From Octopus vulgaris (Eukaryota), in assembly GCA_951406725.2 (NCBI GenBank), contig OX597822.1, positions 4,092,001-4,156,000 of the forward strand: 64,000 nucleotides of DNA. The letters are read 5' to 3'. Shown here one piece after another: positions 44,400-56,990 of this stretch. The number at the start of each line of letters is the position of its first letter. Positions within the stretch are counted from its first letter, which is position 1. A program made the position numbers and the translations under genes. The notes beneath the pieces are model-generated. The model did not search any database, had not been told where the DNA came from, and worked only from the letters and a program-made list of their open reading frames with translations.

Positions 44400-44870
44400 T
44401 CAACGGAGAGGAGTCCGAACTCTGCTCAGTCCGGAGATGATGATGTCCTCCAGTTCGGCAAAAGAAGTATGCTTGCATTTACTTAAAATTTCGGATCTGG
44501 AATTCAACAGTGTGGTAGAATTTCTTGGATCTAAAAATAATGTGCGATCTTTCAGTTGCATCTCTCAGATCAATTTCCAAACGGCTTCAGATTTCTTCAC
44601 AATTCTCCACTTGACTCTATGATTTCTTCAAACTCCATTTGCAGCTAATCATCACAGATTGTCACTTTTGTCGATTCTCGTGGTTTCTCATGTACCAGAG
44701 CCCTGTTTTTCGAATAAAACAAATCATGTGCCCTGAGCCTAGGATTGCTTGGAGACACAAGGCACTTATAAAAATCTGCCTAATCACGTGTCTCAATAGC
44801 TACTGACTATTAGCAGCTCTTATTTTAATACGTGTACATTAATTTATATTTATCTCTCACTGGATGGAGT
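44400..44870 (-). mobile_element. Penelope-like element GIY-YIG C-terminal remnant with adjoining terminal-repeat sequence
   Basis: Minus strand KWSLKK..VKWRIVKKSE..TLLNSRSEILSKCKH resembles the PLE endonuclease end W.LK..I.W.I..LN.RSE..SKC.H. Confidence 0.65.
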
Positions 44871-44907
44871 ACTGTTTTGTCCATCCTAACTTAACAGAAC
44901 ATTAGAC

Positions 44908-44960
<53 letters not shown>

Positions 44961-45479
44961 GTGAGAGGACAAACGAAAGAACGAGGCATTCAAGACATTT
45001 AGCAGGAGCTTTATATATTGTTACTCAAAAAAGGTTTCATTCGCCCTCACCCCTTGCAACTTACAGTTTGGTATGCTAATCACCGGAAACTATCCCGTCG
45101 GACTTAGAGGCAGATAAAGATATAAATAAGGGCATGTAGATATTGTCTTAAACCTCTTTATGTGGGAAAAGTCGAAGGCGTTTCGTTCCAAAAGATAATT
45201 ATATAAAGTTTATGAGTTATTAAAAAAAATTTTTTCAAGTTTCTAATTCAAATGGAAAAATTCGAAGGATTATTTATTCTAGTGGTGGAACGTCTTTCGT
45301 GTCTACATAAGATGGGTTCGAATAACAAGGCAGCCCTCGACCCTCAATGTCCGGAGGGTTTTTAATACTATGTTTACATGCCATTATGGTTTTGTCTACT
45401 TCGATTTTCATGACTCCCACAAACAATTATTTCACGTTCTCTCAGAGTTTATAAATTCTCATGAAGTCAACAATATACA

Positions 45480-45514
<35 letters not shown>

Positions 45515-45554
45515 TTATATATATATATATATACTTTATTTAAAGCAGCAGAAA

Positions 45555-45613
45555 ATTCAACAAAATCTGTTACTCTGAGTTTCTCGTTGCCGTTCAGCAG
45601 ACAGTTTTTGCTA

Positions 45614-45617
<4 letters not shown>
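45555..45617 (-). ncRNA. Type I hammerhead motif (one core substitution) in an ~85-bp island within (TA)n
   Basis: ATTCTAGCAAAAACTGT-CTGCTGA-ACGGCAACGA-GAA-ACTC-A-GAGT-A-ACAGATTTTGTTGAAT: extended stem I, near-palindromic stem III, GUA. Confidence 0.65.
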
Positions 45618-45664
<47 letters not shown>

Positions 45665-46814
45665 AGAGGAAAAATTATAATAAGGCAGAATGCTAAATTG
45701 AAAGTAAATTTTAATAAAAATGGGTGTATGGAAAATTAAAATAATAATAAATCCAACCCGTTTTCATGGCAAAGCAAATTTTCAAGATTTGAAAGGGGAA
45801 AAGAAATTTTTTTAAATTGAGGAAGGGGAAAAAAGAAATTTACAATGTTTTTTTTCAAAAAGATAATAATAAACATATACAAAAATTAATAAATATGTAT
45901 ACGGATACATTGTAGAGTCTTTAAGCTTTTTGAGTTCAATAATAGTCCTTGGAAAAATTTCTTTGGAATATTAAGATCCATGTGATTAAACGTGGTGCTT
46001 AGTTTAAAGTGTATGGTAAATGAGTGTCAAAACATAACTATGGAAAGCGTAGTCTACGGGAAGTCCTGAATTGTGACATATATATTGTAACAGCGCCATC
46101 TATGAAGGAGTTACACAATCATAGTTCAGATTTAGTTCAGATTTGCTAGCATTCCAGGTGTGAATATAGAACTGCAATTTCTGCTACTTTATTCAAAAGA
46201 TTTCAATTTCAGTATGATGTTACTATGGTAATCACACAGTGTTTCTCCGTTATGCGTATTTATTATTTTCCCGTGTTTCTTTTTATTCTATATTCTTTCT
46301 TGTATGTTTGCTTTATTACTGTTTTATATTTTGATTTATTAAATTATATGCCTAATAAGGTGTTTGATATCTTACTGTGCGCGGTGAGCATTGATGTGAG
46401 TAATTGTGTTATTAATGTTATAGCATCTTATGAGGCCGCCGAGGCTGTGAAATGGTCGCACGACCATGGGAAGAACAACACTCAAACAATACCAAAATTA
46501 CGTGGGCTTTTTGGCATGTTTTTAGTTAGTTTTTGTTTTGTTTGTTTGTTTTTATATAATGTCACCAATTAAAACAGCGTTAAATAATACATCCAAGACA
46601 GACATGAAGTCGGATTAATTCTGGTTTCTTTTGAATTGTCACAAATATATGAATGTTGAAACTGCCATAGATTTTCAAAGAATATTTATTACGCAGGTGA
46701 AGAAAGAAAGCAATCAAGAATCTGAAGGCTATCAGCGATCACAGCATCCAGAGACTTACATTCTCTTTTATATCACATGCCACATAAGGCAATATCAAAA
46801 TTTACTGTGTTCAA

Positions 46815-47810
46815 GGTAGCGACCTGGCAGAATGGTTAGCACGCCGGACAAAATGCTTAGCGATATTTCGTTTGCCGTTACGTTGTGAGTTCAAATTCCG
46901 CCGAGGTCGACTTTGCCTTTCATCCTTTCGGGGTCGATAAATTAAGTACCAGTTACGCACTGGGGTCGATGTATTCGACTTAATACCTATGTCTGTCCTT
47001 GTTTGTCCCCTCTATGTTTAGCCCCTTGTGGGCAATAAAGAAATAGGTATTTCGTTTGCCGTTACGTTCTGAGTTCAAATTCCGCCGAGGTCGACTTTGC
47101 CTTTCATCTTTCGGGGTCGATTAAATAAGTACTAGTTACGCACTGGGGTCGATATAATCGACTTAATCCGTTTGTCTGTCTTTACACTCTAAGTTCAAAT
47201 TCCGCCAAGGTCGACTTTGCTTTTATCCTTTCAGGGTCGATCAAATAAGTACCTGCTGAACAATGGGGTTGATGTAATCGACTTACTCCCTCCCCCAAAA
47301 TTGCTGGCCTTGTGCTAAAATCTGAAGCCAATATTTATTGTTACACTGGCAGAATTGGTAGATCTATACACGAAACTGCTTGGATTATTTTTGTATTCCT
47401 TTTCTTTACGAGTTCAATTCTTGCCGAGATTGAGTTTTTTTTTATATTTTATTCTTCTGGACCTGATAAACCGATACATTCCATTATATAAACTACATTT
47501 ATCTTCGAAATCGATATAGTTGCTGTTCGCCTCACACACAAATGTATGGCTCTGCGTCTGCGTTGGAAATCCTTATTATTCAGGGAATATAAGGCGACGA
47601 GCTGGCAGAAGCGTTAGCATGCCGGACAAAATACTTAGCGGCATTTCGTCCGTATTTACGTTCAAAGTTTAAATTCCATCGAGGTTGAATTTGTCTTTAA
47701 ATCTTTCCGGGTTGATATTACAGGTACCAGTTAAGTACTGGGGTTGATGTAATCGACTTCCTCCTCCCCGCAAAGGTTACTGGTCCTGCGCCAAAATTTG
47801 AAGCCATTAT
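46815..47810 (+). mobile_element. Cluster of SINE family B: multimer 46815-47335, degenerate copy, monomer 47592-47810
   Basis: Same AAAGAAATA|GGTATTTCGT junction as at 5565-6312; repeated B-box and Meta-like blocks. Confidence 0.88.
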
Positions 47811-48026
47811 TGAGGCAATATTATGAAGATGTTATGTAAAAATGAAATGATTCCCGACTTAACAGAGGCTTTCATGTGATTTCAAAGTCTCCATTAACGC
47901 CATTTCAAGTACCGTGAAATATGCTTCAGAGAAAAGTATGAGATTCCCTTCCCAATTTTTTCGTCTTCTAAAATATAATACTAAACACTGCAGATGTCCC
48001 CAGACATCTCTAACAGCAACGAGAGT

Positions 48027-48220
48027 GGAGACATAATGGCCCAGTGGTTAGGGCAGCGAACGCGCGGTCGTAGAAACGCGGTTTCGATTCCCAGACCGGG
48101 CATTGTGAGTGTTTAATGAGCAAAAACACCTAAACTCCACGAGGCTCCGGAGGTGGGTGGGGTGAACCCCGCTGTACTCTTTCACCACAACTTTCTCTCA
48201 CACTTTCTTCCTACTTCTGC
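48027..48220 (+). mobile_element. SINE family C, 3'-truncated
   Basis: TGGCCCAGTGGTTAGGGCAGCG..GGTTTCGATTCCCAGACCGGGC. Confidence 0.85.
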
Positions 48221-50233
48221 CACAAAGCAGAGGAACCATGGTGTAATCCACTATGGTGTGGTAAACTTTCAGACCCTAGTCTAGATTGCGAATCCTCTGT
48301 ACCCCAGGATGGTTCAGCTCTCCACCCGTTAAAAGCCACCGTTTACGGAATGAGGATAACAACGTAGCTTTCGCTCCCGTGCAACCGTCAGTCTACTGCG
48401 TGTGATAGGTAGATCTTCAAGTTGCCACACGCATTCTTTGTAGCTTAGAGAAGGCTTGAATTAAAGATTACTTTTTGTGGCTAATGGTGTGACTCCTGAA
48501 TGGAAAAAGAAGAAGAAGAAGAAGAAGAAGAAGAAGAAGAAGAAGAAGAAGAAGAAGAAGAAGAAGACATCAACGTAACTAGTATTTGTAATGAATGCTG
48601 GTCGATTCTGTCTGTCAGTTTCAGCAATCTTCTTTTCTTCATGTCTCTAATACATGAAAACATTAAAAAAAGAGCGCCATTGCTGGGACGCCTCTGATCA
48701 TAGTTTGCACATATTTGACTTAATACTGAATAAAAAAAGAAAGAAAGAAATGAAGAGTTGAGTATTCGGATCGTCATTTTGAACCCATTCGACGAAAGTT
48801 TGAACGGCAGATTGTTAGATGAACTAATTACAGAGACCTTGGGTTAAATAATGACGATAACAATATTCAGAAACAACAGGATTCATTAATAAATTATTTC
48901 TATTAAGTAGAGTCGAAAACGTCAGGCAGATCACACGGTCGACCTTAAGTTTCGAGGATAACTCGATTAAAACCATAAAAGGTTGGAAGAACATATTTTA
49001 GAAAATTGTCAAGAACAGAAAATACAAAGAAGAAACAGTGGAAAGCAATCAAAGTTTGCCGAATTGCAACATCAAGAATTGGCTAGAGGAATCTGGAACT
49101 AACGACGACCGCTTTGTTCAAAGCCTCCCTGGACCTCAAGTGGCCTGAACTCTTTACATGAACACCACCCTGTACTTAACTCCATGTCCCCCTACATGGC
49201 CTTGCTATTTGCTTTTGAGCCAAATTAACTAACTAACTAACTAACTAACTAAGAAAAGGAAAACAAAAACAGACTTAAACAATTAATAGCAAAGGGATTT
49301 TCGATTGGATAATTTAAAATTCAAGAGTGTTCGATAAGAATTATATATTTGAAGTGAATGCTTAAGTGCTCCTACAGTACACCGATAATATATAACATTA
49401 TATGATCTGTACAGTGTTACACGACTTGTAAGAATACCAGCTAGATCTCTCTCGAACTAAATAAATTCTACCAGCTTATAAATGGGCAGATTGGATAACG
49501 AAGTACAGAGTAGACGAGAATAAAAGATAGATTATAGATAGAATGGCGCTCGGTCATATGTCTGTCTGCTCTAATAAGTCTGACCTGGAGCTCAACGACG
49601 ACAACAACAGTATGGCTTTGGGAGAAGTAATGGAAGAGAGAAATTGTACTCAATGCAAAAAGACATTCAATGGATTAGAAAAAAGGGTAAGAAAAATAAT
49701 ACAATAACAATACTACAATAATACAAAAGCAGAACTAGCTTAGGTCTTAGCAAAATGTTATGGAAATTAGCACCAGAATCAAAAGTGCAAAGAACTGGAA
49801 GATCAGGGAATTGATTAAGTCATCAACATTTGGCAAACATACTTAACTAATACACGTAAAGGTGAAATAGTAGTAATTAATTAACTAACACGCTCACTTG
49901 CTGTGCTGCACGAGAGAAACATTTGTAGAATTGAATTGCTTCTGACTGGTCTGAAAATGGCAAATGAAGAGACAACCAGGAAAATAGATCTGTGTATGTG
50001 GTTAATCAAATGTGACCCTCGGAGTATCGATAGTATGAAGTGCTGCCTTTCAGTAACCAAAGTAGCATCGCAGTGCTACAGCTTCTATTATGCGGCTACA
50101 ATATTTCATTTATTTGACACTGTCCAATGCGTAGAAATAAATAAGTAATATAAGAATGATGACGTAATAGAGGTGATGTAATCCGGAACAAAGTAGGGAA
50201 TAATACATTATATATTTACTTAATCAGTTGTTG

Positions 50234-50305
50234 AAATGAGTTGCGCAATAGAAGAGTGTTGGACCCACAACTCAGAAGTCCGTAGATCGAAACTTCACTC
50301 TTCGA
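50234..50305 (+). pseudogene. Decayed initiator tRNA-Met copy (anticodon position CAC)
   Basis: GAGTTGCGCAATAGAAGAGTGTTGGACCCACAACTCAGAAGTCCGTAGATCGAAACTTCACTCT aligns without gaps to eukaryotic tRNA-iMet, including its diagnostic GATCGAAAC T-loop; acceptor stem broken; T7 run at ~50321. Confidence 0.8.
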
Positions 50306-52306
50306 AGGAATGGAAGCTAATTTTTTTATGTATTTACACATTGCAAATGAGTTAAGTACAAATTATATGAAGCAATAGAAATTTTCCACATCGTCGAGGT
50401 GACACCAACTGACAGGGATACGCCAAAAGCCAAATAGTGAAGTGAGCAGAAACTTTCGCTTAGTATACAGAAATACTACGGTGAACACTGAAGTGACAAC
50501 TGAATAGAAATAATATCAATTACCCCAAAACAATAACCGTGTACCCCAAGATAAAGCCTCTAATAACATATTTACCAGTAATATTCAAATCACAAGTATA
50601 CATTCCAACAGACTCTGATCATCGGAAAGAGTGCGAGAAAACGGTTTGTTGGAAACATCAAAAAGAGAAACAAAAGACTGAATAGTATAGTTTAATTACC
50701 GTGAAGTCTTTGACAGTGAAAAGAGAAACAAACATCTAAGATAGCCTGGCTTAATTACCGTAAAGTCTTCCACTTCATATTACACACTTTGATGTTGGAG
50801 ATACTGTATGTAAAGAAAACTTCTTCAGCACTAAGAGAGTACACCAATCGTGTTATGTCAAAATAGAAAACTCCAATAATATTATAAGATAAAGAAATTG
50901 TTAATCCACTCGACTATTCTGTCTAGACTCCGTATCATTTCTACCATTCTGTCTCGCTCTTTAGTAACTACTTCAGTTTCTTTAAGCCACTACTGCCAAG
51001 ACGGAGCACTACCTAACTCTTCTATCAAATTTTCAAGTTTAAATTATCAGTGTTTATAAATACAAAACATGATTTAAAACTATAATTTTGCGCTAAATTT
51101 GTAATTAGAGTACTTCAGTGAGACTTTGACTATGATGGTTAAAAAAAACCTTAAGTACATACTAGAGAACTAGACAGACTGATAAAAAAGATAAGGGGTC
51201 TAGACAGATGGCCAAGTGTATAAGAAATTTCTTACAATATCATTGAAAATGCTTTGCTTTATGCGTTCGGTTTTTTATGTCCTGAGCTCAAAATCGTGCC
51301 AGTGGTCAACTTTGCTTTCATCCCTCACGTGTCGATGAAATAAAGTTTGAGTGAAGTACTGAGACTGATGTTATCCATTAATCCCCATCCTCAAATTTCA
51401 AGTCTTGCGCTTGTATTAGAAGCAACTATTATGAAGGTTTACTGTTTTCATTTAAATTTGTAAAGAAAACAATAGCAACGAAATAGAGACCTGTTCATAA
51501 ATTCAGCAACGATGTCAATATATGAATGGGATTAAACAAATGCCCCAAAACCCGAAAATTAAGTGAATTTCAAAACAGACATAGAGATGAGATAATTATA
51601 TTAGAACTATCTATATAAATACTTACTAGTAGATAAATACTGACACGGCGAACACCCAGAAATAAAGAAAATTATGTACTCCAGATGAGACACACTATCT
51701 TTTAATATAACCACAAGAGAGGAACTTTCAGAAAGGAAAACATCGACTAAATTGATTAGTATTTTAGTGGTCTGTTATTTTATCTAAAAGGATGACATTT
51801 GATCTCAGTGGAACTTGAACTCAGAACATAAAGAGCTGGAAGATGTAATAATAATAATAATGATTTGGGTATAAAAGATGGGCTATAGCAAACATTCTGC
51901 TCAATACCACAGATTTGCTTGTCAGTTGTTTGAACCAGTTGAGCATATCCCTTAGTGGCTGGCGATATGTGCATCTCTGGTCACGAGCAGAAGTAGTGGG
52001 GGAGCATCATAACCATGTGTTGAGAGCAATTCTTTGGGGTTTGGATAATTCGCCCTTGAAACATGGGTGTTTCGTTCATCATCCTCAAATAAACCTTATT
52101 CAGGGAACTTTTGAGTGCGATGGGCTACCCTCAGTCACAATTAGTGACAGCTAAATTTTTCCTGTTTGGTTTTATATGACGTATAGCTACCTTCATTATT
52201 TTATAATCTTCACATTAGCATTTCGCTAAACTAACCATAAATGTATGTGGTAAATATATATACGGACAGTCTGGGTTTAACCAAACCATACGGCAATGCA
52301 GTTGTC

Positions 52307-52349
52307 ACTACTGATGAGCTTATAATTTTTCAGGCGAAACTAGTCTAGT
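52307..52349 (+). ncRNA. Minimal type I hammerhead ribozyme, intact core, palindromic stem III
   Basis: ACTA-CTGATGA-GCTT-ATAATTTTTC-AGGC-GAA-ACTAGT-C-TAGT; GUC triplet, predicted cleavage after 52345. Confidence 0.82.
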
Positions 52350-52406
52350 CTAGTAATTTAGCTGCGTTTAAGGGGCAGTTATCTTTTTTGTCAGTATATA
52401 TATATA

Positions 52407-52841
52407 GGATCTTTTCGGTTTGAACGGCGGTTTTTAACATAATTTCTAGGTAACTAATAAATTTTAAACTTCGTATACTGGTAGAATGTGTTAATAAAAC
52501 ATCTTTTTTTCATGGCTTTATTGAGAAAATTCTATAGTTTGTAAGATATTTGTTGTTTTTTTTCTTCAATTTCTGCAATTTCAACCAATCACTGACGTCT
52601 ATTGAGTTAAAAAGCATTCTGTGTCCTATGGATATGTCCCTCGTTTAAGAAACAAATTGGGTTTATTTACATTTGTGAAGAAAAAAGATACCCTTCCGCC
52701 ACCCCTAAGCCTAAATAACCCTAACTAACCCTAACCCTAAAAGAGATTGAAATGCAATAGATCGATTCTAGCGTCATAATTATGGGTGATAATTTCATAT
52801 GACACCGCTAGAAAAAACTGCCGTTCAAACCGAAAAGATCC
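52407..52841. mobile_element. Non-autonomous TIR element (MITE) with internal telomere-type repeats, copy 1
   Basis: TIRs GGATCTTTTCGGTTTGAACGGC.GTTTTT / AAAAACTGCCGTTCAAACCGAAAAGATCC; CCCTAA units at ~52702-52740. Confidence 0.9.
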
Positions 52842-52910
52842 AAAACTGCAACTGTAACGGTCTACTGAGCGTAATAAATGACATAATAAAGAAAAAAAGA
52901 AAAACATGTA

Positions 52911-53325
52911 GGCGCAGGCCCTGGCTGTGTGGTAAGTAGCTTGCTTCCCAGCTACATGGTTCCAAGTTCAGTCCTACTGCGTGACAATTTAGACAAGTGT
53001 CTTCTACTATAGCCTCGGGCCAACCAAATCCTTGCATGTGGATTTGGTAGACGGAAACTGAAAGAAGCCCGTCGTATATATATACGTATATATGTGTGTG
53101 TGTGTGTGCCTGTCTTTGCCCCACTATCACGTGACAACCGATGTTGGTGTGTTTACGTCCCCGTGACATAGCGGTTGGGCAAAAGAGACCGATAGAATAA
53201 GTACAAGGCTTACAAAGAATAAGTCCTGGGGTCGATATTTTTTCGACTAAAAAACCCTTTAATGCTGTGGCTCCAGCATGGTCGCAGTCAAATGACTGAA
53301 ACAAGTAAAAGAACAAAAGGATAAA
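52911..53325 (+). mobile_element. SINE family A, full length
   Basis: Same head, body, internal microsatellite and tail as 11584-12000. Confidence 0.9.
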
Positions 53326-53654
53326 AAATGTGGCTAAATTCCGGCTAAATTCACGCATGGACAAAGATGGTGCTGTTAAATCTCTGGCGGTGGATTAAGA
53401 CTACGATCCGAAAACAGGAGAAGTCCTTTCCATGGGATCCCGCTGAGTTTCCGTCTATCAAACTGCATTCGCAAAGTTTCAGCCGAATCGAACCCACCCA
53501 AAATAACATACCATGGGATCGAACTCATAATCAATATCTGCATCACAATTTTCTAGTTGAACTACGATATTGTAAGTTAAGCATCTTTCCCATGAACTGA
53601 TAATCGGGCTCATAATGCGATTCGAACCTATATTTCTTCGAACTGAGAGAAGAA

Positions 53655-54031
53655 GCACTCCATCGGTTACGACGATGAGTGTTCCGGTTGATCCGAATCA
53701 ACGGAACAGCCTGCTCGTGAAATTAACGTGTAAGTGGCTGAGCACTCCACAGAGACGTGTACCCTTAACGTAGTTCTCGGGGATATTCAGCGTGACACAG
53801 AGAGTGACAAGGCCGGCTCCTTGAAATACAGGTACAACAGAAACAGGAAGAAAGAGTGAGAGAAAGTTGTGGTGAAAGAGTACAGCAGGGATCACCACCA
53901 TCCCTGCCGGAGCCTCGTGGAGCTTTAGGTGTTTTCGCTCAATAAACACTCACAACGCCCGGTCTGGGAATCGAAACCGCGATCCTACGACCGCGAGTCC
54001 GCTGCCCTAACCACTGGGCCATTGCGCCTCC
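53655..54031 (-). mobile_element. SINE family C, full length, tail type 2, with TSD
   Basis: Head as at 42748 but tail ..GAGAACTACGTTAAGGGTACACGT..TTAATTTCACGAGCAGGCTGTTCCG..; TTCTTCGAACT on both flanks. Confidence 0.92.
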
Positions 54032-54625
54032 ACTTCTTCGAACTACCGATCAGTTCATTATATCGAATCAGTCAGTATCAGGTCTCACATTTAGCATTTC
54101 TTTTTTCTTTATCTTCAAATAAAAGTGTATGGATTAAATTTTAATCAAACATATACGAGATATAAAATTCCTAACTTAACCGAACTATTTGAAACCGATT
54201 CATTAAAAACTCATAATTATTGTATTTCTTTGTAGTATTTTCTGTATAACGATTATTGAATTCCTCTTTAAGTTTCAGTAGAGTCTCTGGAGAGATGGGT
54301 TTCCCCTGCAGTAAAACTCAAACTTCTAAATCTGAGTGTATCAATTTATTGAATAAGCAAAAGTGTTTATATTTATTGTTAATTGCTACATAAAGAATTC
54401 CAAGGAGATGCCAGCAGGCGCGATCGCCAGACGGTTGTACTTTGTGGGCGAGGGAGCCTTACATTCAATGGAATAGTAAAGGCAGCAGCGTAAATGGTTA
54501 GTGGAACGGTGAGCCGAAATTTCATTATAGACGATAGAGGAAATACTGAGAGATGTTGTCGTCCATAATGTCTACACACTTACCTACATATACACGTGCC
54601 CATATGAGCGTTAGTGCGTGTGTGT

Positions 54626-54669
<44 letters not shown>

Positions 54670-54789
54670 GTGTGTGTGTGTGTGGACGCGTATATGTTTG
54701 TTTTTTATGCATATTTATAAGCATATACATATATATATATGTGTGTGTGTGTATATGTAAAGATATTTAAGTATATCAACTTTATAAGC

Positions 54790-54879
<90 letters not shown>

Positions 54880-54965
54880 AAAGATATTTAAGTATATCAA
54901 CTAGGGGTGCACGAAACAGAATTTATTGAAATTTAAGTTTGTACAGTTATAGTTAAAATGTTCAT

Positions 54966-55006
<41 letters not shown>

Positions 55007-55152
55007 AAAAGCGTTAAGACGTTCAAGTACACAGACGGCAAAAAAGACTTTCGCATTCTAAGAGCATTCTGAGGAAAATTATCTTTTCTGATATTTTCTT
55101 AACATTTTAAACATAAATGTGCGAAGGAGCTATCACTTGCGGATATATATAT

Positions 55153-55200
<48 letters not shown>

Positions 55201-55203
<3 letters not shown>

Positions 55204-55392
55204 ACGCCATGATAGATCGTTAGCTCCTACACGCATATTTTTCTCTCCTTGTTTTTTTTCTGTGTATCTTTTTGTCGAAGAGCGTAGGCTCGAAACGTAA
55301 AAGACTTTTTCTATTTCTGAGCGTTATACTAATACATTTGTTTGTTTGTACTCCACCTGCCTTCGTCTTTTGTTTATTTTCGTAAACTTTCC

Positions 55393-55396
<4 letters not shown>
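55201..55396 (+). mobile_element. ~200 bp PLE-type hammerhead-bearing unit inside (TA)n
   Basis: TCTTT-TTGTCGA-A-GAGC-GTAG-GCTC-GAAA-CG-TA-AAAGA at 55267-55304; (TA)n on both sides. Confidence 0.75.
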
Positions 55397-55433
<37 letters not shown>

Positions 55434-55466
55434 ATATTAATTAACGGGAGATGGATTTGGTATTAA

Positions 55467-55534
55467 ATCTTTATTGGGTACAACATATGTTTCGTCCCAT
55501 TAGTTTGGTTCTCATCAGGTACACCAATAAAGAT
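55467..55534 (-). ncRNA. Type I hammerhead ribozyme, intact core, long stem I, palindromic stem III
   Basis: ATCTTTATTGGTGTAC-CTGATGA-GAACCA-AACTAA-TGGGAC-GAA-ACATATGT-T-GTACCCAATAAAGAT; stem II has two mismatches; GUU triplet. Confidence 0.8.
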
Positions 55535-55689
55535 GTGTCTCACTACAGATTTTTAATGTCGGCTGACTTGTTATATGTCCATCAAGTTAAATCCAACTGA
55601 AGCGTACCACGACTGCGAGTGACAACAGGTACCCTAGACTGTGCCGGTGCCCTGCCCAACATTGAAACACACTAAATCGACTTATATTA

Positions 55690-56073
55690 TTTGTCAAAAT
55701 TATTTATTATTATTATTATTACTTTATGTTTGACTTTTGCTTTACATTTGTATAAGTTGGCTCCAAGTCTCAGCCAGAGACCTCAAGAGACAACAAGTTG
55801 GAAGTTCATGTTGGTATTATGCCTAAGGTGCCATATATTTGGTTTTCTACTTAGTGTTGTACTAGTGAATGTCTAAAAAACTAGGCGAAAATTATGTTTG
55901 TTTTAAAACTTGAGATTACATAGAAAGTATTTTGCGTAGGATGTGAGCAGTTCCCATGAGCAGTATCTTTTGAATTTCTGCCATTTTAGGGTTTCCTGGT
56001 ATCTGAATTAGGTAGCAATCAGCCCCTTTTGCTATCATTCCCAGGCCAACTATGACAACAGGTATTGTTTTAG

Positions 56074-56075
<2 letters not shown>
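55690..56075 (-). mobile_element. R4/Dong-like LINE 3' end with (TAA)n tail
   Basis: KTIPVVIVGLGMIAKGADCYLIQIPGNPKMAEIQKILLMGTAHILRKILSM*, then 3'UTR and (TAA)n; also bordered upstream by a (TAA)n tract. Confidence 0.85.
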
Positions 56076-56139
<64 letters not shown>

Positions 56140-56161
56140 TCATATATATATATATATATAT

Positions 56162-56195
<34 letters not shown>

Positions 56196-56200
<5 letters not shown>

Positions 56201-56583
56201 CCATTTTTGCTCCACGACATTGCACGTCCTCACACACCTCAAGCTACGGTCCAAAAGTTGCAAAGCCTGAATTATGAAATTTTGCAACATCCTCCTTATT
56301 CCGCTGATATTTCTCCAACTGATCATCACTTATTTAAGCATTTTGAGCTTTTCATAAGCAATAAAACATTCTTAAATAGAGGAGAGGTAATTGAAGCATT
56401 CGGACAGTTTATCACAGCAAACGATGATTTTTTCTTAAAGATGGAATATATGACATAGAGAAACGTTGAGTAAACGTCATAAATGAATATGGATCATAGT
56501 TTGATTAAATATGTCAGTTCTCTAACACTTTTGAAGCATTTTAGTGTTACCTTTCAAATAAATTTCATGTGAACAACCTAATA
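56196..56583 (+). mobile_element. 3' third of the mariner family found at 28209-29446
   Basis: ORF 56207..56458 nearly identical to 28293..28607; right TIR TTTCATGTGAACAACCTAA|TA. Confidence 0.92.
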
Positions 56584-56589
56584 GAAGGA

Positions 56590-56990
56590 AATAGTAGATT
56601 TCAAAATAATAAGTTATTTTGGAAAAGGAGAGATATAGGAAGTATAAAGGGAAATATAAGAATAAAAATAAGCATATATGTTGGATGTTAAACTTGCAGT
56701 TCCATTATTCAAGGAATCCCTTTGAATGAACACCACATGGAATTAATACCTGTACACTATTCATTTGTAATAACAAAATATGAACTCCTACACGAACTTA
56801 CATACCTTGGACAAGAAGCCTTTTTACCCATTCTACACAACACATTCATTGGATGATGGAACAGTAAGTTTAACATCCAACACATATCTTTATTTTTATT
56901 CTTATATTTCTCTTTATATCCCTGAAACAGCTGTAAGACGACCATTCTCTTTTTAAAATAGCCTAGATATTTCACACTGCCTTTGCCTTG
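56590..56990. repeat. Imperfect inverted repeat (fold-back or MITE-like)
   Basis: TATAAAGGGAAATATAAGAATAAAAATAA..TGTTGGATGTTAAACTT is mirrored by AAGTTTAACATCCAACA..TTATTTTTATTCTTATATTTCTCTTTATA. Confidence 0.75.

Noticed and set aside
46086-46480. Possible solo LTR (TGTAAC..AACA)
   Set aside because: No TSD, second copy, primer-binding site or polypurine tract recognised.
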